NCBI GenBank assembly: GCA_030704615.1
Contig: CM060732.1
Coordinates: 69,192,001-69,256,000 of the forward strand
Length of the DNA stretch: 64,000 bases
Reading direction: 5' to 3'
Origin: Takakia lepidozioides
Lineage: Eukaryota; Plantae; Bryophyta
Below, piece by piece: positions 47,717 through 60,738 of this stretch (positions are counted from its first letter, which is position 1; every line of letters begins with the position of its first letter). Under the pieces are notes generated by a model, which saw only the letters and a program-made list of their open reading frames with translations, was not told where the DNA came from and did no database searches. The position numbers were made by a program, and so were the translations under genes.

Positions 47717-50500
47717 TCACCAGTAATCCCCACAAGAACAAACCCCATCTTCAAAGTGGTGAAAGCGGTTAGCGTCCCGTACAACAATTTCTCGGCCGAC
47801 AATCTTTGAGATGAATTTGGTGGAGGTGTGGCAGTCACCACACACCCGAAGATTCTTGATGAGACGGAGAGGCGTCCTAGGGCTTGTGCTGATCAACCCA
47901 AAACCAATGGCCAGCTTCTCACTGTGGTGGCAAAGAGAAAATTCTTTTTGCACCTCCCCCACATCATGCAATACAAAGCGCGTGTCAGGCACATACCCTG
48001 CCTCCTTCATCTGCCCAGCCAATCTTCTCAGCTCAGCATGGATTTCCTTAATTTTGGGATGCAATTTGTCATCTACAACAAAGGTGTGCACTCTGTTGCC
48101 AACCTCGATGCAGCAGCGACCTGGCTCCCTTCTAACCCCTCTGAGCTTCATCATTGTTCTAACCTTTGCACTATCATCCCACCTGCCAGCTGCGGCATAG
48201 ATGTTTGATAGCAACACGTAAGTCGCGGCATCCTGTTCATCCCACTTGAGAATAGATGTTGCTGCACGTTCAGCCATCTCCACATTGCCATGGATTCTGC
48301 AAGCTCCAAGCAAGGCCCTCCAAACCACAGCATTTGGTTTCATTGGCATTTTATCAATGAGGTCCTTTGCCTCATCCAGTCGCCCGGCACGTCCAAGAAG
48401 GTCCACCATGCAGCCAAAGTGTTTTATTGTCGGAGTGACACCATGAGCTTGACTCAGGGACCCAAAGTAGCGTCTTCCTTCATCCAGTAGGCCAACGTGG
48501 CTACATGCGGAGAGAACACATATAAAGGTGATAGTGTCTGGCTTCAAGCCTTCCATTTGCATTCCTTCAAGTAGTTGCAGAGCTTCCCTATGACAACCAT
48601 GCTGGGCATAGCCTGCGATCATACCGTTCCACGACACCACATCTCGTTCAGCCATATTGTCGAACACTCCCTTTGCATCGTCAATGCTCCCACATTTGGC
48701 ATACATGTCCACGAGGGTACCGTTCAGAATGACATCTGGTACAATTCCAGCTTTGACGATGTTACCATGGACCTCTTTGCCCTTTTCCAAAGCTGCCAGG
48801 CTCGCACACGCATTGCAAACGCAAACAAACGTGACGTGGTTGGGCTTCACCTCTTCCTCCATCATTTGCTCATATGTCTCCAAAGCCTCCATCCCACGCC
48901 CCCTGTGTGCATATCCTGCAATCATTGCGTTCCACGACACCACATCACGTTCAGCCATAGTGTCGAACACTCCCTTTGCATCTTCAATGCTCCCGCATTT
49001 GGAATACATGTCCACGAGGGTGTTGTTCAGAATGACATCTGGTACAATTCCAGCTTTGAGGATGTCCCCATGGACCTCTTTGCCCTTTTCGAGAGCTGCC
49101 AAGCTTGCACACGCATTGCAAACACAAACAAACGTGATGCGGTCAGGCTTCACCCCTTCCCGCATCATTTGCTCCAAGGTCTCCAAAGCCTCCATCCCGC
49201 GTCCCTGCTGTGCATATCCTGCGATCATCGCATTCCATGACACCACATTTTGTTCAGCCATATTGTCGAACACTCCCTTTGCATCTTCAAGGCTCCCACA
49301 TTTGGCATACATGTCCACCAGGGCAGTGTTCAGAATGACATCTGGTACAATTCCAGCTTTGACGATGTCACCATGGACCTCTTTGCCCTTTTCCGGGGCT
49401 GCCAGGCTTGCACATGCATTGCAAATGCAAACAAACGTGATATGGTTGGGCTTCACCCCTTCCCGCATCATTTGCTCATAGGTCTCCAAAGCCTCCATCC
49501 CGCACCCCTGCTGTGCATATCCTGTGATCATCGCGTTCCACGACACCACATTTCGTTCAGCCATATTGTCAAACACTCCCTTTGCATCTTCAATGCTCCC
49601 ACATTTGGCATACATATCCAGCAAGGCAGTGTTCAGAATGACATCTGGTACAATTCCAGCTTTGACGATATCACAATGGACCTCTTTGCCCTTTTCCAGG
49701 GCTGCCAGGCTCGCACACGCATTGCAAACACAAACAAACGTGATGTGGTTGGGCTTCACCTCTTCCTCCATCATTTGCTCATAGGTCTCCAAAGCCTCCA
49801 TCCCGTGCCCCTGCTGTGCATATCCTGCGATCATCGCACTCCACGACACCACATCACGTTCAGCCATAGTGTCGAACACTCCCTTTGCATCTTCAATGCA
49901 CCCACATTTGGAATACATGTCCACGAGGGTGTTGTTCAGAATGACATCTGGTACAATTCCAGCTTTGACGATGTCACCATGGACCTCTTTGCCCTTTTCC
50001 AGGGCTGCCAAGCTCGCACACGCATTGCAAACGCAAACATATGTGACATGGTTGGGCTTCACCCCTGCCCGCATCATTTGATCATAGGTCTCCAAAGCAT
50101 TCGTAGCACACCGTTGCTTGGTAAATCCTGCCAACATTATATTCCACGTGAACAAAGATCGTTGAGGCATTCTGTTGAACACTTGGTGAGCATCCATGAT
50201 GCTCCCGCACTTGACATACATGTTGACAAGGGTGTTGTGTAGAAAAACGTTTGGCTTGAATCTGCTTTGTATAATGTGAGCGTGCACCTGCTTTCCAGCT
50301 TCCAGGCCTTTCATCTTGATGCACTTATGCAAGAGACAGACATACGTATCTGAATCTGCTGAAATGCCTCCTCCTTGGTTTAAAGTCTTTAGAGCCTCTG
50401 TCAGTCTGCCTGCCTCACAAAGCATCTTCACATGCCCAGAAGTCCCAGAAGAGGCATTGTGGACTCCCTCTCTTGGTCCTCTTTCAGGAGCTGTGGTCAT
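47717..50500 (-). CDS. PLS-class PPR protein with E1/E2 and intact DYW deaminase domain (organellar C-to-U RNA editing factor)
   Basis: Uninterrupted frame; five near-identical P-L-S triplets; PG box EPGRCCIEV; HHSEKLA, CGDCH, ..CSCGDYW*. First in-frame ATG at 50500; the frame is open to about 50670, so an upstream exon is possible. Confidence 0.95.
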   Translation of the reverse strand: MTTAPERGPREGVHNASSGTSGHVKMLCEAGRLTEALKTLNQGGGISADSDTYVCLLHKCIKMKGLEAGKQVHAHIIQSRFKPNVFLHNTLVNMYVKCGSIMDAHQVFNRMPQRSLFTWNIMLAGFTKQRCATNALETYDQMMRAGVKPNHVTYVCVCNACASLAALEKGKEVHGDIVKAGIVPDVILNNTLVDMYSKCGCIEDAKGVFDTMAERDVVSWSAMIAGYAQQGHGMEALETYEQMMEEEVKPNHITFVCVCNACASLAALEKGKEVHCDIVKAGIVPDVILNTALLDMYAKCGSIEDAKGVFDNMAERNVVSWNAMITGYAQQGCGMEALETYEQMMREGVKPNHITFVCICNACASLAAPEKGKEVHGDIVKAGIVPDVILNTALVDMYAKCGSLEDAKGVFDNMAEQNVVSWNAMIAGYAQQGRGMEALETLEQMMREGVKPDRITFVCVCNACASLAALEKGKEVHGDILKAGIVPDVILNNTLVDMYSKCGSIEDAKGVFDTMAERDVVSWNAMIAGYAHRGRGMEALETYEQMMEEEVKPNHVTFVCVCNACASLAALEKGKEVHGNIVKAGIVPDVILNGTLVDMYAKCGSIDDAKGVFDNMAERDVVSWNGMIAGYAQHGCHREALQLLEGMQMEGLKPDTITFICVLSACSHVGLLDEGRRYFGSLSQAHGVTPTIKHFGCMVDLLGRAGRLDEAKDLIDKMPMKPNAVVWRALLGACRIHGNVEMAERAATSILKWDEQDAATYVLLSNIYAAAGRWDDSAKVRTMMKLRGVRREPGRCCIEVGNRVHTFVVDDKLHPKIKEIHAELRRLAGQMKEAGYVPDTRFVLHDVGEVQKEFSLCHHSEKLAIGFGLISTSPRTPLRLIKNLRVCGDCHTSTKFISKIVGREIVVRDANRFHHFEDGVCSCGDYW

Positions 50501-50507
50501 GGTCGAG

Positions 50508-51630
50508 GTGCCTGATTTTATCAGCTGTGCCGCTGCTGCTGCTGCTTCCAGTTGACCATCTACCCATGCAGGTTTCTTGGAGCTATTGATCCACAGGGAA
50601 TCATAGGTAATCTTGTGCTTGAAATCAGGCCCTCTTGGATGAATCTGGACCCACACTCTATCCTTGCTCCTTCAGCTATCCATGCCTCTGCACAAATCAT
50701 GCATACATCCTCGCCTTGCTGCTAGCAGCTGACAATGACAGCCTAGATTTGTTCTAACAAAAACCCTACTTATCACACTAGTTCCTATGCTGAAGTGCAC
50801 CTGTTTCTCTTGTAATCTAACAGGCATTCACCTTGTTGCCTTGATTGTCCCACCATTGAATGGGGTCGGAGAAGTATTCATTCCAAAGCTTCTCCTCGTC
50901 TCTGTTATCTGTTTTTGGATACTTTCCTGTTGCCACATTGGCAGTAACATGTCAAAACATTCCAAACACCATAGATCCACCCAATGAGTCAACTCGCAGA
51001 ATTCAACATGAGAAATTAGGGTCAAATCTGATAAGAGGGAAAAACAGGCTGAAATGTGTTGAAGAAGGTGACCTTTATTAGCAGTGCCTGATTTTATCAA
51101 CTGTGCTGCTGCTGCTGCTGCCGCTTCCAGTTGACCATCTACCCATGCAGGTCTCTTGTAGCTATTGATCCACAAGGAATCATAAGTAATCTTGAGTTTG
51201 AAATCCGGCCCTCTTGGATGAATCTGGGCCCACACTCTATCCCTGCTCCTTCAGCTATCCCTGCCTCTGCACAAATCATGCATAGATCCTCACAACGTAG
51301 AGTCTTCCAGCAAACACCCCAACCCTACTTATCACACTAGTTCCAATTTTGAATTGCGTCTGCTTCTCTCTGTAATCGAACATGCATTCACCTTTTTGCC
51401 TCGATTGTCCCACCATTGAGTGGGTCGGAAAAGTATTCATTCCAAAGCTTCTCCTCATCTCTGTTATCTGTTTTAGGATACTTTCCTGCTGCCACACTGC
51501 CAGTAACATGTCGAAATCACTCCAGACCACTATAGATCCACCCAACGAGCTAACTTACAAAATTCACATGCAGAATCAGGGACATTCTTATGAGAGGGCA
51601 AATCAGGATAAAATAGGTTGAACAAAAAGG
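50508..51630. repeat. Tandem duplication (about 575-bp period) of the PPR gene 5' region
   Basis: 50508-51070 aligns with 51084-51630 (GTGCCTGATTTTATCA.., CCCACACTCTATCC.., AAGTATTCATTCCAAAGCTTCTCCTC). Confidence 0.85.
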
Positions 51631-52164
51631 TGCCCTCACCACATTGTCCTTGACTTTGTCTCATGACCGAAGGAGGATTCAACCGAACATCAACCCAAAA
51701 GGACCTGTTGGGTGTGCTGCTTGTGTCTGTAGTCAGGTAATGTCGGATTGGTCTGTGAAAACCACCACGGTGCAGCTGAGCAGCCATAGATGGAAACACG
51801 ACCTCCTAAGAGCAACCTGACCCTTAAACACCAAGGAAAAATACCAAATCGTGATATTGACAAACTCTTCACCTCGTACATTAAGAAAAGCCACACCTTA
51901 CGATTGCGGTTGTCCCACCATCGTGAAGGATCGTTAAGAAACTCATGCCAGCTCTGCTCCGTGCTCCAAGGTGGACTTTTGTGCCCGCAACTCCGACAGC
52001 ATCAACATTTTGACAAGTTCCTTTACGGAGGGGTGCTAGTGAGCTTTCAACAACATTCATGCAAGTCGCTTTGGGCTCCATTCGACTCTACACAACGAGG
52101 AACATACGAACATGTCCAAACTACACAGATGCTAAACCCGCTTATGGCTGCAGTCTGAAGATTT

Positions 52165-54388
52165 TTATTTTATTTTTTAAACAAAATATAAAATTTTAAA
52201 GAACCTGGGAGCGACAGCCCACAATTCGGCCCTTTGGGCAGGGGGAGAAATTAATAACCCCCTTTCATATATGGGCCATGGAGGCACAGAGACGATCAAC
52301 GCCCAGACATACCATCACTAACAATCCCACACAGGGGGCAGGGCAGCGGGTTTGAACCAGTGTTGTGCGGGTAAATAGATTTTTGCTTATCCTCCGGGTA
52401 AGGATAAATAAAAATCAGAGGTTTATTTATCCTCCGAGCAGCGTTTTTTTCATGCGCGAAATTTCGGCACTTTTCGATCCAGAAATTGGGCTCACGAAAT
52501 TTACATAGGAATTATGGGTTAAAATATGGCACTGTTTCGCATTAATGCCCTCCCTAATGCCATCATGTTGCTGCAATGAGGACACCGCATGTACAACTCT
52601 CGCACAGGGAAAGAGCCACATGCCATTTGGGTTCGTTAGATCCAAATGATCTTTGCCTATCGATTTCTAGAAACCCTGCCAGCGCAAGGTGCAAAGCCTT
52701 GGGTTCAAACTCTTCCCACTTTCGCCAAGGGGTTGACCTATGGAGGGAACTCTCATTTAGGTTTCGCTTACCCGCCTAGTATCCGTGTCATGCACCTCCA
52801 TTTAAGCATACTTACACCGCCTCTTGCACTGGCACATGAGGCTTTGAGCAGAGTTGCTGATCCTGCACAAGATTAGTCATATTTGTCAATGGATTGTATC
52901 CATGTGACAGAGTTGTGCTAGGCTTTGCAAGACGCAGTGTCGTTGTTACTTAGAAAAAATTACCTCCTTTGTCACTCCCACAAACCGAACACTACATGAG
53001 TTGAGTTCGCATAAAACTCATCAAACATTCTTGACAGTAGCCACCGGTTCGAGATCACATGCCACAGAGTCGCCAATTGATCTTCCTCATAGGCAAGCCA
53101 GGAGCCAACGTGGCTCAAGTTCTTAAATGAAAAAAAAAAACGGCCTCCAAGTAAGGGTAAATCATTTGTATGTCCATTTATCTATCCTACGGATAAGGAT
53201 AAATTATTTATATGTCCATTTATTTATCCTACGAGTAAAGGGTAAAAGCCAATATTTTTTATCGGGTAAAGATAAATGATTTATCCTTTTTATACCCGCC
53301 GGGTAAATAAAAGATATATTGAAGGATATATTAGTTTGTTATGCTCAACTCAAAATAACTAACTAATTAAGGTAATCAATTTATGGTCTATTTTTTGGTT
53401 TAGTATGAGGCTCATCGTATCATTTTTTTGAATAATATGAGGGCAAAATATATATATATATATAATATATATATATATATATGAGGCATGATCAGAGCGT
53501 GTGTCTTCACACCAAAGATAATAATCAATAAAGCCAAATAAAACCGTGTACGAGTGCCTTGTCCACGGAACTAGTGCCTCCGAGATCTAGGTAAGAGATA
53601 ATAATGAAACAAAATAATGAAAGATAAACTAGTGCCTCCGAGAGATCCGGGTAAAGATAATAATGAAACAAAGGGAAGAATTGATTCAATTGTGATGGCA
53701 TTTCACATTTGTAAGGTAATGAAGTGAGGCAATTCCATAGGCTATGGTTGGTAGCTTAAAATAAGATAAATAATTACCACTGTAATATCCACGGATGACG
53801 AAATAGAACAATTTGTCCCAGAGGAGATGGTCCATAATGGAGCATGCCCCGAGAGCGTCATTCCCTGTCAAGGTCAGTAGAGTTTCCAGTAAAATTGTAG
53901 CTGAATTACTTGCTGTCGGAATGGGCAGGCCTTAACAGCTCTGACTTCCAGGTTGCACTACACACGCACAAGAGTGGGACACTGACAGAGTATCACTTGG
54001 ATTTCTCAAGAAGCTTTAAAATTTAAGTCTCAACATTTATATGGCAACATAGTCTTCATAAAGCAATAAGGGTGCAACTCCTATCTGTAGTTTTTCATTT
54101 ACCCTTTTTCTTTTTGCCCTCCAAAATATTTATTTACCCGTGGGTAAATGGTATATGGAAACTATTTATCCTTCAGACGGGTAAGGGTAAGGGTATCTCA
54201 GATTATTTACCCGTCTGAAGGGTAAGGGTAAGGGTAAATGAAATGGGCCAATCCGGGTAAATCATTTACATTTATCCTGTCCGGGTAAATTAGGATAAAT
54301 CATTTACCCGCACAACACTGGTTTGAACCCCGAAACACCAGGGCCACACACTGTGCACTAACCAGCTGAGCTACCAGCCGATGTGCAA
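52165..54388 (-). mobile_element. tRNA-derived SINE (copy 3) split by the hAT insertion
   Basis: Minus-strand head TAGCTCAGCTGG..GGTTCAAAC at 54321-54388; body and A-rich tail continue at 52357-52165. Confidence 0.75.
52358..54320. mobile_element. Non-autonomous hAT-type DNA transposon (1963 bp)
   Basis: Perfect 19-bp TIR CAGTGTTGTGCGGGTAAAT; 8-bp TSD GTTTGAAC (52350-52357, 54321-54328); many subterminal GGGTAA/TTACCC motifs. Confidence 0.9.
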
Positions 54389-54399
54389 AGATTTTTTTT

Positions 54400-56640
54400 T
54401 TTAAATAAAAAAAAGGGACGGAGGCCCTAAAAATCATATTAAAGAAAAAACGGGAAAAAATAACCCGTTGGGATTCAGCCGTAAACCGTATGAAGGGGAT
54501 ACCACCCCCTGACCAATAAACCCCTAAGAACACTCTAGACCAAGGAGATCAAGAGTGGGGGGAAGCAAAACATCTGATAAGATGCTAGACTAAACTCAAG
54601 AAGACTACCAGCAGGAGCTAATGGGAAAGCATAGCCAAAGCTCAGGTCAACATAACCGCGCAGCTGGGCTAAGTTCCCTTAATCATAAGAGGAAAGACAA
54701 GGCCACAGTCACAACAAAGCTGCAGCAACTAGCCGCAAAAACCTAAGGCCCGAGAAGACTAAGTCAGAGAAGACTAAGCCAAAACCAGATTAGGGCTCGA
54801 ACACCAGGTTGGACTAAGGCCAGAAACAGGCTAAGGTGAGAAATATCCGACTAGAACAAAGGACCAAAAACGCGAGAACGTGGAAACTATACCCAAAACC
54901 AGAAGGGCATAGATCAAGTGCATAAAACTAAAAGTCTAAATGCGTCTTGATACGATCTGCTCGGCCTTTGCGGTGGCACCAATTCACATCCATATCCAGA
55001 TTCTGGCAGGGGACTGCCATTCTTGGGGGAGTTGATCATGCCAGGAGATCCTAGAGTCCGAGTGATGGGTGCAGAGGAAGTTGCCCTTGGCCCGAGAGGT
55101 GTCGAAGTCTTGAAGCAATTGAACCCTTCTCCTGTCTGAACACCTGCCAATGGCTGCCACAAGAGCAACCCACGCTTTTCTCCCCTCAGACATCAAATCT
55201 GAAAATATGCCAAAAAGGATCAGATTGATGTTGAGGTGCCCTCCTCCATAGATAAAAGCACATCTACATTTCCATATCTACCAAAGGGTATGCACTTGCA
55301 AACAACACCAAACAGAGCAAGCAGCAAAGGCCGAAGACTGAGCGAGATTGAGCAGAATGCAATCAGGAGAGAGGGGGGGAGGGTGTGCCAGTGGGCATAG
55401 AAATTTGTGACCCGAAGCCAAACAACATTAATGAGAGAGCGATGAATTAAGCAGTGCTCAATAGACTCCGGCAAAGAGTGGGAACAAATGAGGCAAGGCA
55501 GCCTGATCGAGGCATGGGGGGAAGCCATTAAAAGAATGTGATTTAGGCTAACTTCCAAAGAAAAGCGCTGACTTTGGCAGCCCGTTCTTTACGCCAGACC
55601 TGCTTCCAAACCCACTTCCAGGCAGGGAGAGCCAAATTCAACCCCCACTTTTGTTCGAGGCCTGAGTGCGGGGTTTGGGAGGCCTCAAGAGCTTGTAACC
55701 CATCTTAACATAATACCCAAAAAAGAGGGTGTGTTTCGGGTCCATCCATCTCCACTCGCCAGGGTCAAATTGAAGCTGAGTAAGGGGTGCTCTGAGAAAC
55801 CATAGGAAGGAGGAAGAGGCGAGCCAATGAATCTCAGCACCAGGGGGGGGGGTGAGGATTACAAGCACCATCCACAAGGTTGAAAACTTGGATGTCATAA
55901 AGCCCTGCAATTTGGAGGTGAACGAGACCAGCATAGGAAAGGGAGCCCCATCTATTGGCCAGGAAGCCGTACCCCGATGCAATACTGTCTGAGCAAGACA
56001 TTAACAGGACTACATGAAGGGAGCCTTGTGAGCAACCTTTCCAGGCAGGAAGGATACCACGTGATGCAAAGCCTCCGTTACGAACAACAGATTATCCAAG
56101 ATCATACGATTTTTAAGGAAGCCAGATTGCTCAGGTTTGATGAACTTAGGGAGCAGCTTTTGAAGACGAAGGGCCAAAGATTTAGCAATAATTTTGTAGA
56201 CAGAGTTCAATGGGGTAATGGGGCGGTAGTTAGAAACCAAGTCTTTGTCCTCTTTCTTAAAAATCAAAGTGATGATTCCCATGGACAGCTGCGAGGTCAT
56301 GATTCCGACAGAGAGAATATGATTTGCCATCTGCAGGAAGTCGTCTCCAATTTTTGACGAGAGAGCAGCAAAGAATTCTACCGGCAAACCATCGGAACCA
56401 GGAGCTTTACCAGGCTGAAGACTATTAACTGCAGTGTCAAGCTCATCAATGGTAAAATGAGCATTTAAGCTCAGAGCGTCGACATCTAAGAGCAAGCTGG
56501 GGATTGAAGCAATAGCAGTAGCTTGATCCTTAAGCCTCGAGGGGGAGGAGATAGGTAAGCTGAACAGATTGAGAAAGTAGAGCACAGCTGAAGAAGCCAT
56601 CTCTTTAGGGGAGAAAGATGCAATACCTAGTGAATTCTTA
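54400..56640 (-). mobile_element. Degenerate L1-type LINE (RT N-terminal part and zf-RVT region)
   Basis: KAPGSDGLPVEFF, LIFKKED..NYRPITPLNSVYKIIAK, EQSGF..R.ILDN at 56010-56600; CLIC..ESIEHC near 55450-55500. Internal deletion; ends approximate. Confidence 0.8.
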
Positions 56641-59144
56641 AGAAAAATGATACGCTATTATCTTAAAATGAAAGCCGAGACAAAGGCCCATAAAATTAAA
56701 TTTAAAAGGGGGGACAGGGATATAACCCTGTGGTGGCCATGAAGGCAATACAACTGGGATACCACCTGTGTCTAGAGTTCACACCAGAAAAACTAGGGGA
56801 CAGGAGGGAACATAAATGAAGAGCTACAAGACATAACCCTGAGAAGCACTTAACTAGAGGAATTCTGAAGAGGCAAGAGGATGCAAGAGAAGAAGGAAAA
56901 GACCAAGACTACGAAAGAGGCAAAAGGCTAAGCCCCGAAGTCTAATTGAGCCCAGCTCTTGAGAGAGCGGATTTAACGGTGTCTCCAATTAACCTCTCCA
57001 TCTCCATGTCACAAGATGGACTCCCATGAAGAGGGGAGAGAGTCATGCCAGAGGATGCTCGAATCTGACAACCTGGTGCAGAGGACGTCGCCTTTTCCCC
57101 AGGAGAAATCAATAACTTCGAGAAATTTTTGCCTCCTAGACTTTGAACATCTGCGTAGATCAGCAATAATCACCCCCCAAGATTCTTCCCCTCGGTCATC
57201 AAGTCCATATATATAACCATAATGGATCTGATGTTGGGGCTTCCTCTCCGTAATTAAAGCCACAATGTGATTTCCAAATCTACCATAAAGAGTGAGCCCG
57301 GAGAGAAGCCCAAACCGTGCATGGAGACCAATCTCCCCATTGAGAACATTAAGCAAAGCTAGAAAAGGATAACCAGAAGGAGGGCATTGCCATTGGGAGT
57401 AAAAATTGAACCATATCGTAAGAGGTTTGTACACAAACCCACATGTCCCAGAGTAACGTATGATGGCAATGACATTTTCCTCTTACAGTTATTGTACTAT
57501 AAAAGTGCTAGGGTTTCTCATTGTTCCGCACTCCTCGTGACAACTTCAGCGAACAATATCCAAGAAAATGTGATGCATTCAAAGTTCAACATGGTGGTCC
57601 TTTGGGGGTAAAGTGGCATCATAAGTTTGCTTTGCAACATCAGTCTTCTTATTCTTACAAATGTCATGTATCTGTTAGAGAGTCGGTCGATGTGTATTTT
57701 TAATATATTGATAGATCTCTTTTTCAGATTGTACAAAGAATAAAGATGAAGCAACAAGTTTGAAAATGATTATTCATCATCAAATGTCAACGTTAAATCA
57801 TACCCATGTACAACATCGTAATATATATAAATTGAAACGTGCTCACTACAAAAATAAAATCAATTTTAAAAGTATTTTAACAACTTTATATTAAATATGC
57901 TTGAGCATTTAGAATAATTATAACTTCATGTCAAATCATACGTAGTTTATTTTGTTTTCCCTTTACTAAACACTTGGACATGTTCTACTATCTTATTTTA
58001 TCAGTATATGGATAAATACAGTAGTATTAGTAGAGTCTGTGAGATGTTGACCCTTTTACAAAGCTAGTTCTGGATGCCAGCCCATCCTAATAGAACTCGG
58101 TCCAATTTTTCATGCTTATCTGACTAGTGGACGGAACTGGGTGTTTATAATTAATGGGCGAGCATCTATATCTATTTTTGCCTCCTTCATGACTGATGCG
58201 TACACAATATAAAATTTTCTTTACCTGGGTGGTATAGTACAACAATTATAAGAAGAAAATGTCACTCTTCCAGTGATATAATACGAGGTTTGACTTCCCA
58301 AACCCACATGGCGTGGAGTAGTCACGTATCATAGGTCACCATGGCAATGACATCATCTTTTCAATGTACTACAAAATATACTATAGCTCCGCACTCCTAG
58401 TCAGGACGACTTCAGCAAACAAAGGAGGTGGGGGCGGGAACACAAAATTAAAACAGATAAAAAAACTTTATGTACTTTGAAATGGATGAACGGTGACCAA
58501 ACTGGGATAGCACCCTACATCGGCACCTTACAGAAGCCTCCATAACAAATTGACTGACGATTTTTCAAAACACAGATGTCAATTTCTTTACAATCTTCCT
58601 AGACACCTTCACATTAATGTTAGTTGAGCATCCAACAAGTACGCAAGAAGCAGATAAGAGAAGAAAGATGTATATATATTTCAAATACACCACTACAGAA
58701 GAGGCACCTAAGAAGACCTGCACATTTAAACTCTATGTTGCTTTGTTCTGAATTCCTCTAGTGATGAATGGAAATTTGCTTGGTTTGTGGACTCCCTATG
58801 GTGGTCTTTTTTGAGTTTGTGGTTATGGTGGAGGTGTCTGTTTTTATCCACTGTACTAAGATCTAACTCGGCACCTTCAACGCGAGGAGTTCCGAGTACG
58901 AAAGGGTACTAGCCTATGTGACTGTTTGGGAAGTTGTACATTGTTTTCTGTTTTTTCATATCTATTTTTTAAAGGACTTTGTGATACGCATCATCTCATC
59001 CAAAAGAGAATGACAAACAAATTTAACACTTTTCATTTATTTATGCTTATTCAGCCATCATTTTATATTCCATCCTCGTCCTTTCATCCCCTCTTGACTT
59101 TGCCAATGTGTACAATATAAGAATTTTCTTTACCTTGGTACTAT

Positions 59145-60738
59145 TGTCGCACACCTCAGTTCGGTAAACTCCCCTTCAAGTCATAGTTACTCGCTTTGAT
59201 GCGCGCGCCTGACTCCCAACCTGGCCGCCGGGCCAACTTGGAGTTTCGGCTGCTCACCGGGACATAACGGTCCCCTTCCGCTTCCCTCTAAACCCTCCAC
59301 CTATTTGGGACTAGGAGAATTCCCTTTGGTAGATGGCAGTCCGGAACAGCTCCCCACTCTTTGGTCGCTTTCCGGCTCGCTCGCTTACTCACTAGTTTTT
59401 GGTCACCAACGGGCTTGCACCGTTCTCGGGGTTACTACTCCCTATATATACTTCTGTAGCTGTCCGCGGGGGTTTCATAACCAGCCATGCCATTTTATGG
59501 CGAACCACCACGAAAACCCTCGACTCCCGGTGGTGAGTCGCGGTGAGTCTTGGCCCACTCACCGCGGCCCCAATGGACCGTGATGAGTCCCAAGACTCCC
59601 CACGACTCCCACCTCGAGGTCTCCACCCCATGGTGAGTCCTATGCCACCCCCACTAAGTCCCACTAAGCTACCACCACCCCTTGTGGAGCCACCTCCACC
59701 GCAACCCGGTGTGCGGGGCTCCACCTAGTGAGCGCCTCCGCCTCCTTGAGTGCCTTGGGCACTCAAGGGTGCTTCAGCCCCCCATACCTATCGCTGCCGC
59801 TGCCCCCACCACAGGGGCAGCCCCTCATGTGTCCCGACCCCCTGCCCTCAAGGCAAAGGGCCGCGACACACACCCCTACCAACAGGGAGTCGATGTCCTC
59901 ATCGACTTGTCCATTTTGTAGAAACGAACATCCAAGTTGTGGCGTCCCACATCAAGGAGTTTGTTTCCGTACCATGGCGTCCCATGGCAAAGAACCAAAC
60001 CCCACACTTGACTCCACTCTCCACTAGCTAGTTCGGCCGACTTCCTCCAAGTCCCGGCCAAGGGTGGAGCCTCTCCAGCTCCTCCCAGTGCACTCTTCTT
60101 GGCCTACTTCAAGGCCAAGGAACGATCCTCCCCGAGGATCGAATCGCCTTACTGCAACAACATTGCTTGCGATCGCTCATGATGCCGCTTTTGGCATCAC
60201 CTTGAGCAAGGGTTCACCTGGAACCCTCTTTGACTAGGAAGATAACCTTGAACCAACCGTGCGCCCCAATCACTACAATTGGGTCCGCCTTGGAATGCTG
60301 GCCTGAGGTACGGGAACACGCCGAAGCCGCACTACGACTTCGTCCCGAGGCTACACGATTATAGTACGTGAACGGAAGCACGTAGCTTCCGCGTTAGCCC
60401 GCACTACAAGGCAACCCCCTCGGTAGCGCAGTTATAGTACGCGCACGCGCCAGGTGCGCACTAGCACTTGAACTCCCAAATAAGGCGCAAGTTTCCTTGC
60501 CCCTTGGATGGGAGTCACCCGATTTCGGCACTGCGCAAACACACGATTAACCCAATTTACCTCTCCCACTTTTGTAAGCTAGCATGCATTCTACACACCA
60601 GCCAACCACACCATGCATCACCATTCCAAACACAATAGGACGCACAATATTTGGAACCCATTTCCTTTATCACAAATTTTTGTACAATACAAGTTTTTGC
60701 AATCGGATTCCTGCTAGCTAAACCGGGCTAAGCATGCA
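59145..60738 (-). repeat. Putative 3' LTR of the chromovirus (about 1.6 kb)
   Basis: Begins TG after the PPT and ends ..GTGCGACA where GC-rich sequence meets the AT-rich flank. The partner LTR is outside the window. Confidence 0.6.

Noticed and set aside
48575-50242. Plus-strand ORFs of 221-330 aa
   Set aside because: Antisense shadows of the repetitive PPR coding sequence.
57430-59140. Degenerate duplication with a period of about 850-900 bp
   Set aside because: Only short patches align and no coding or terminal features could be assigned.
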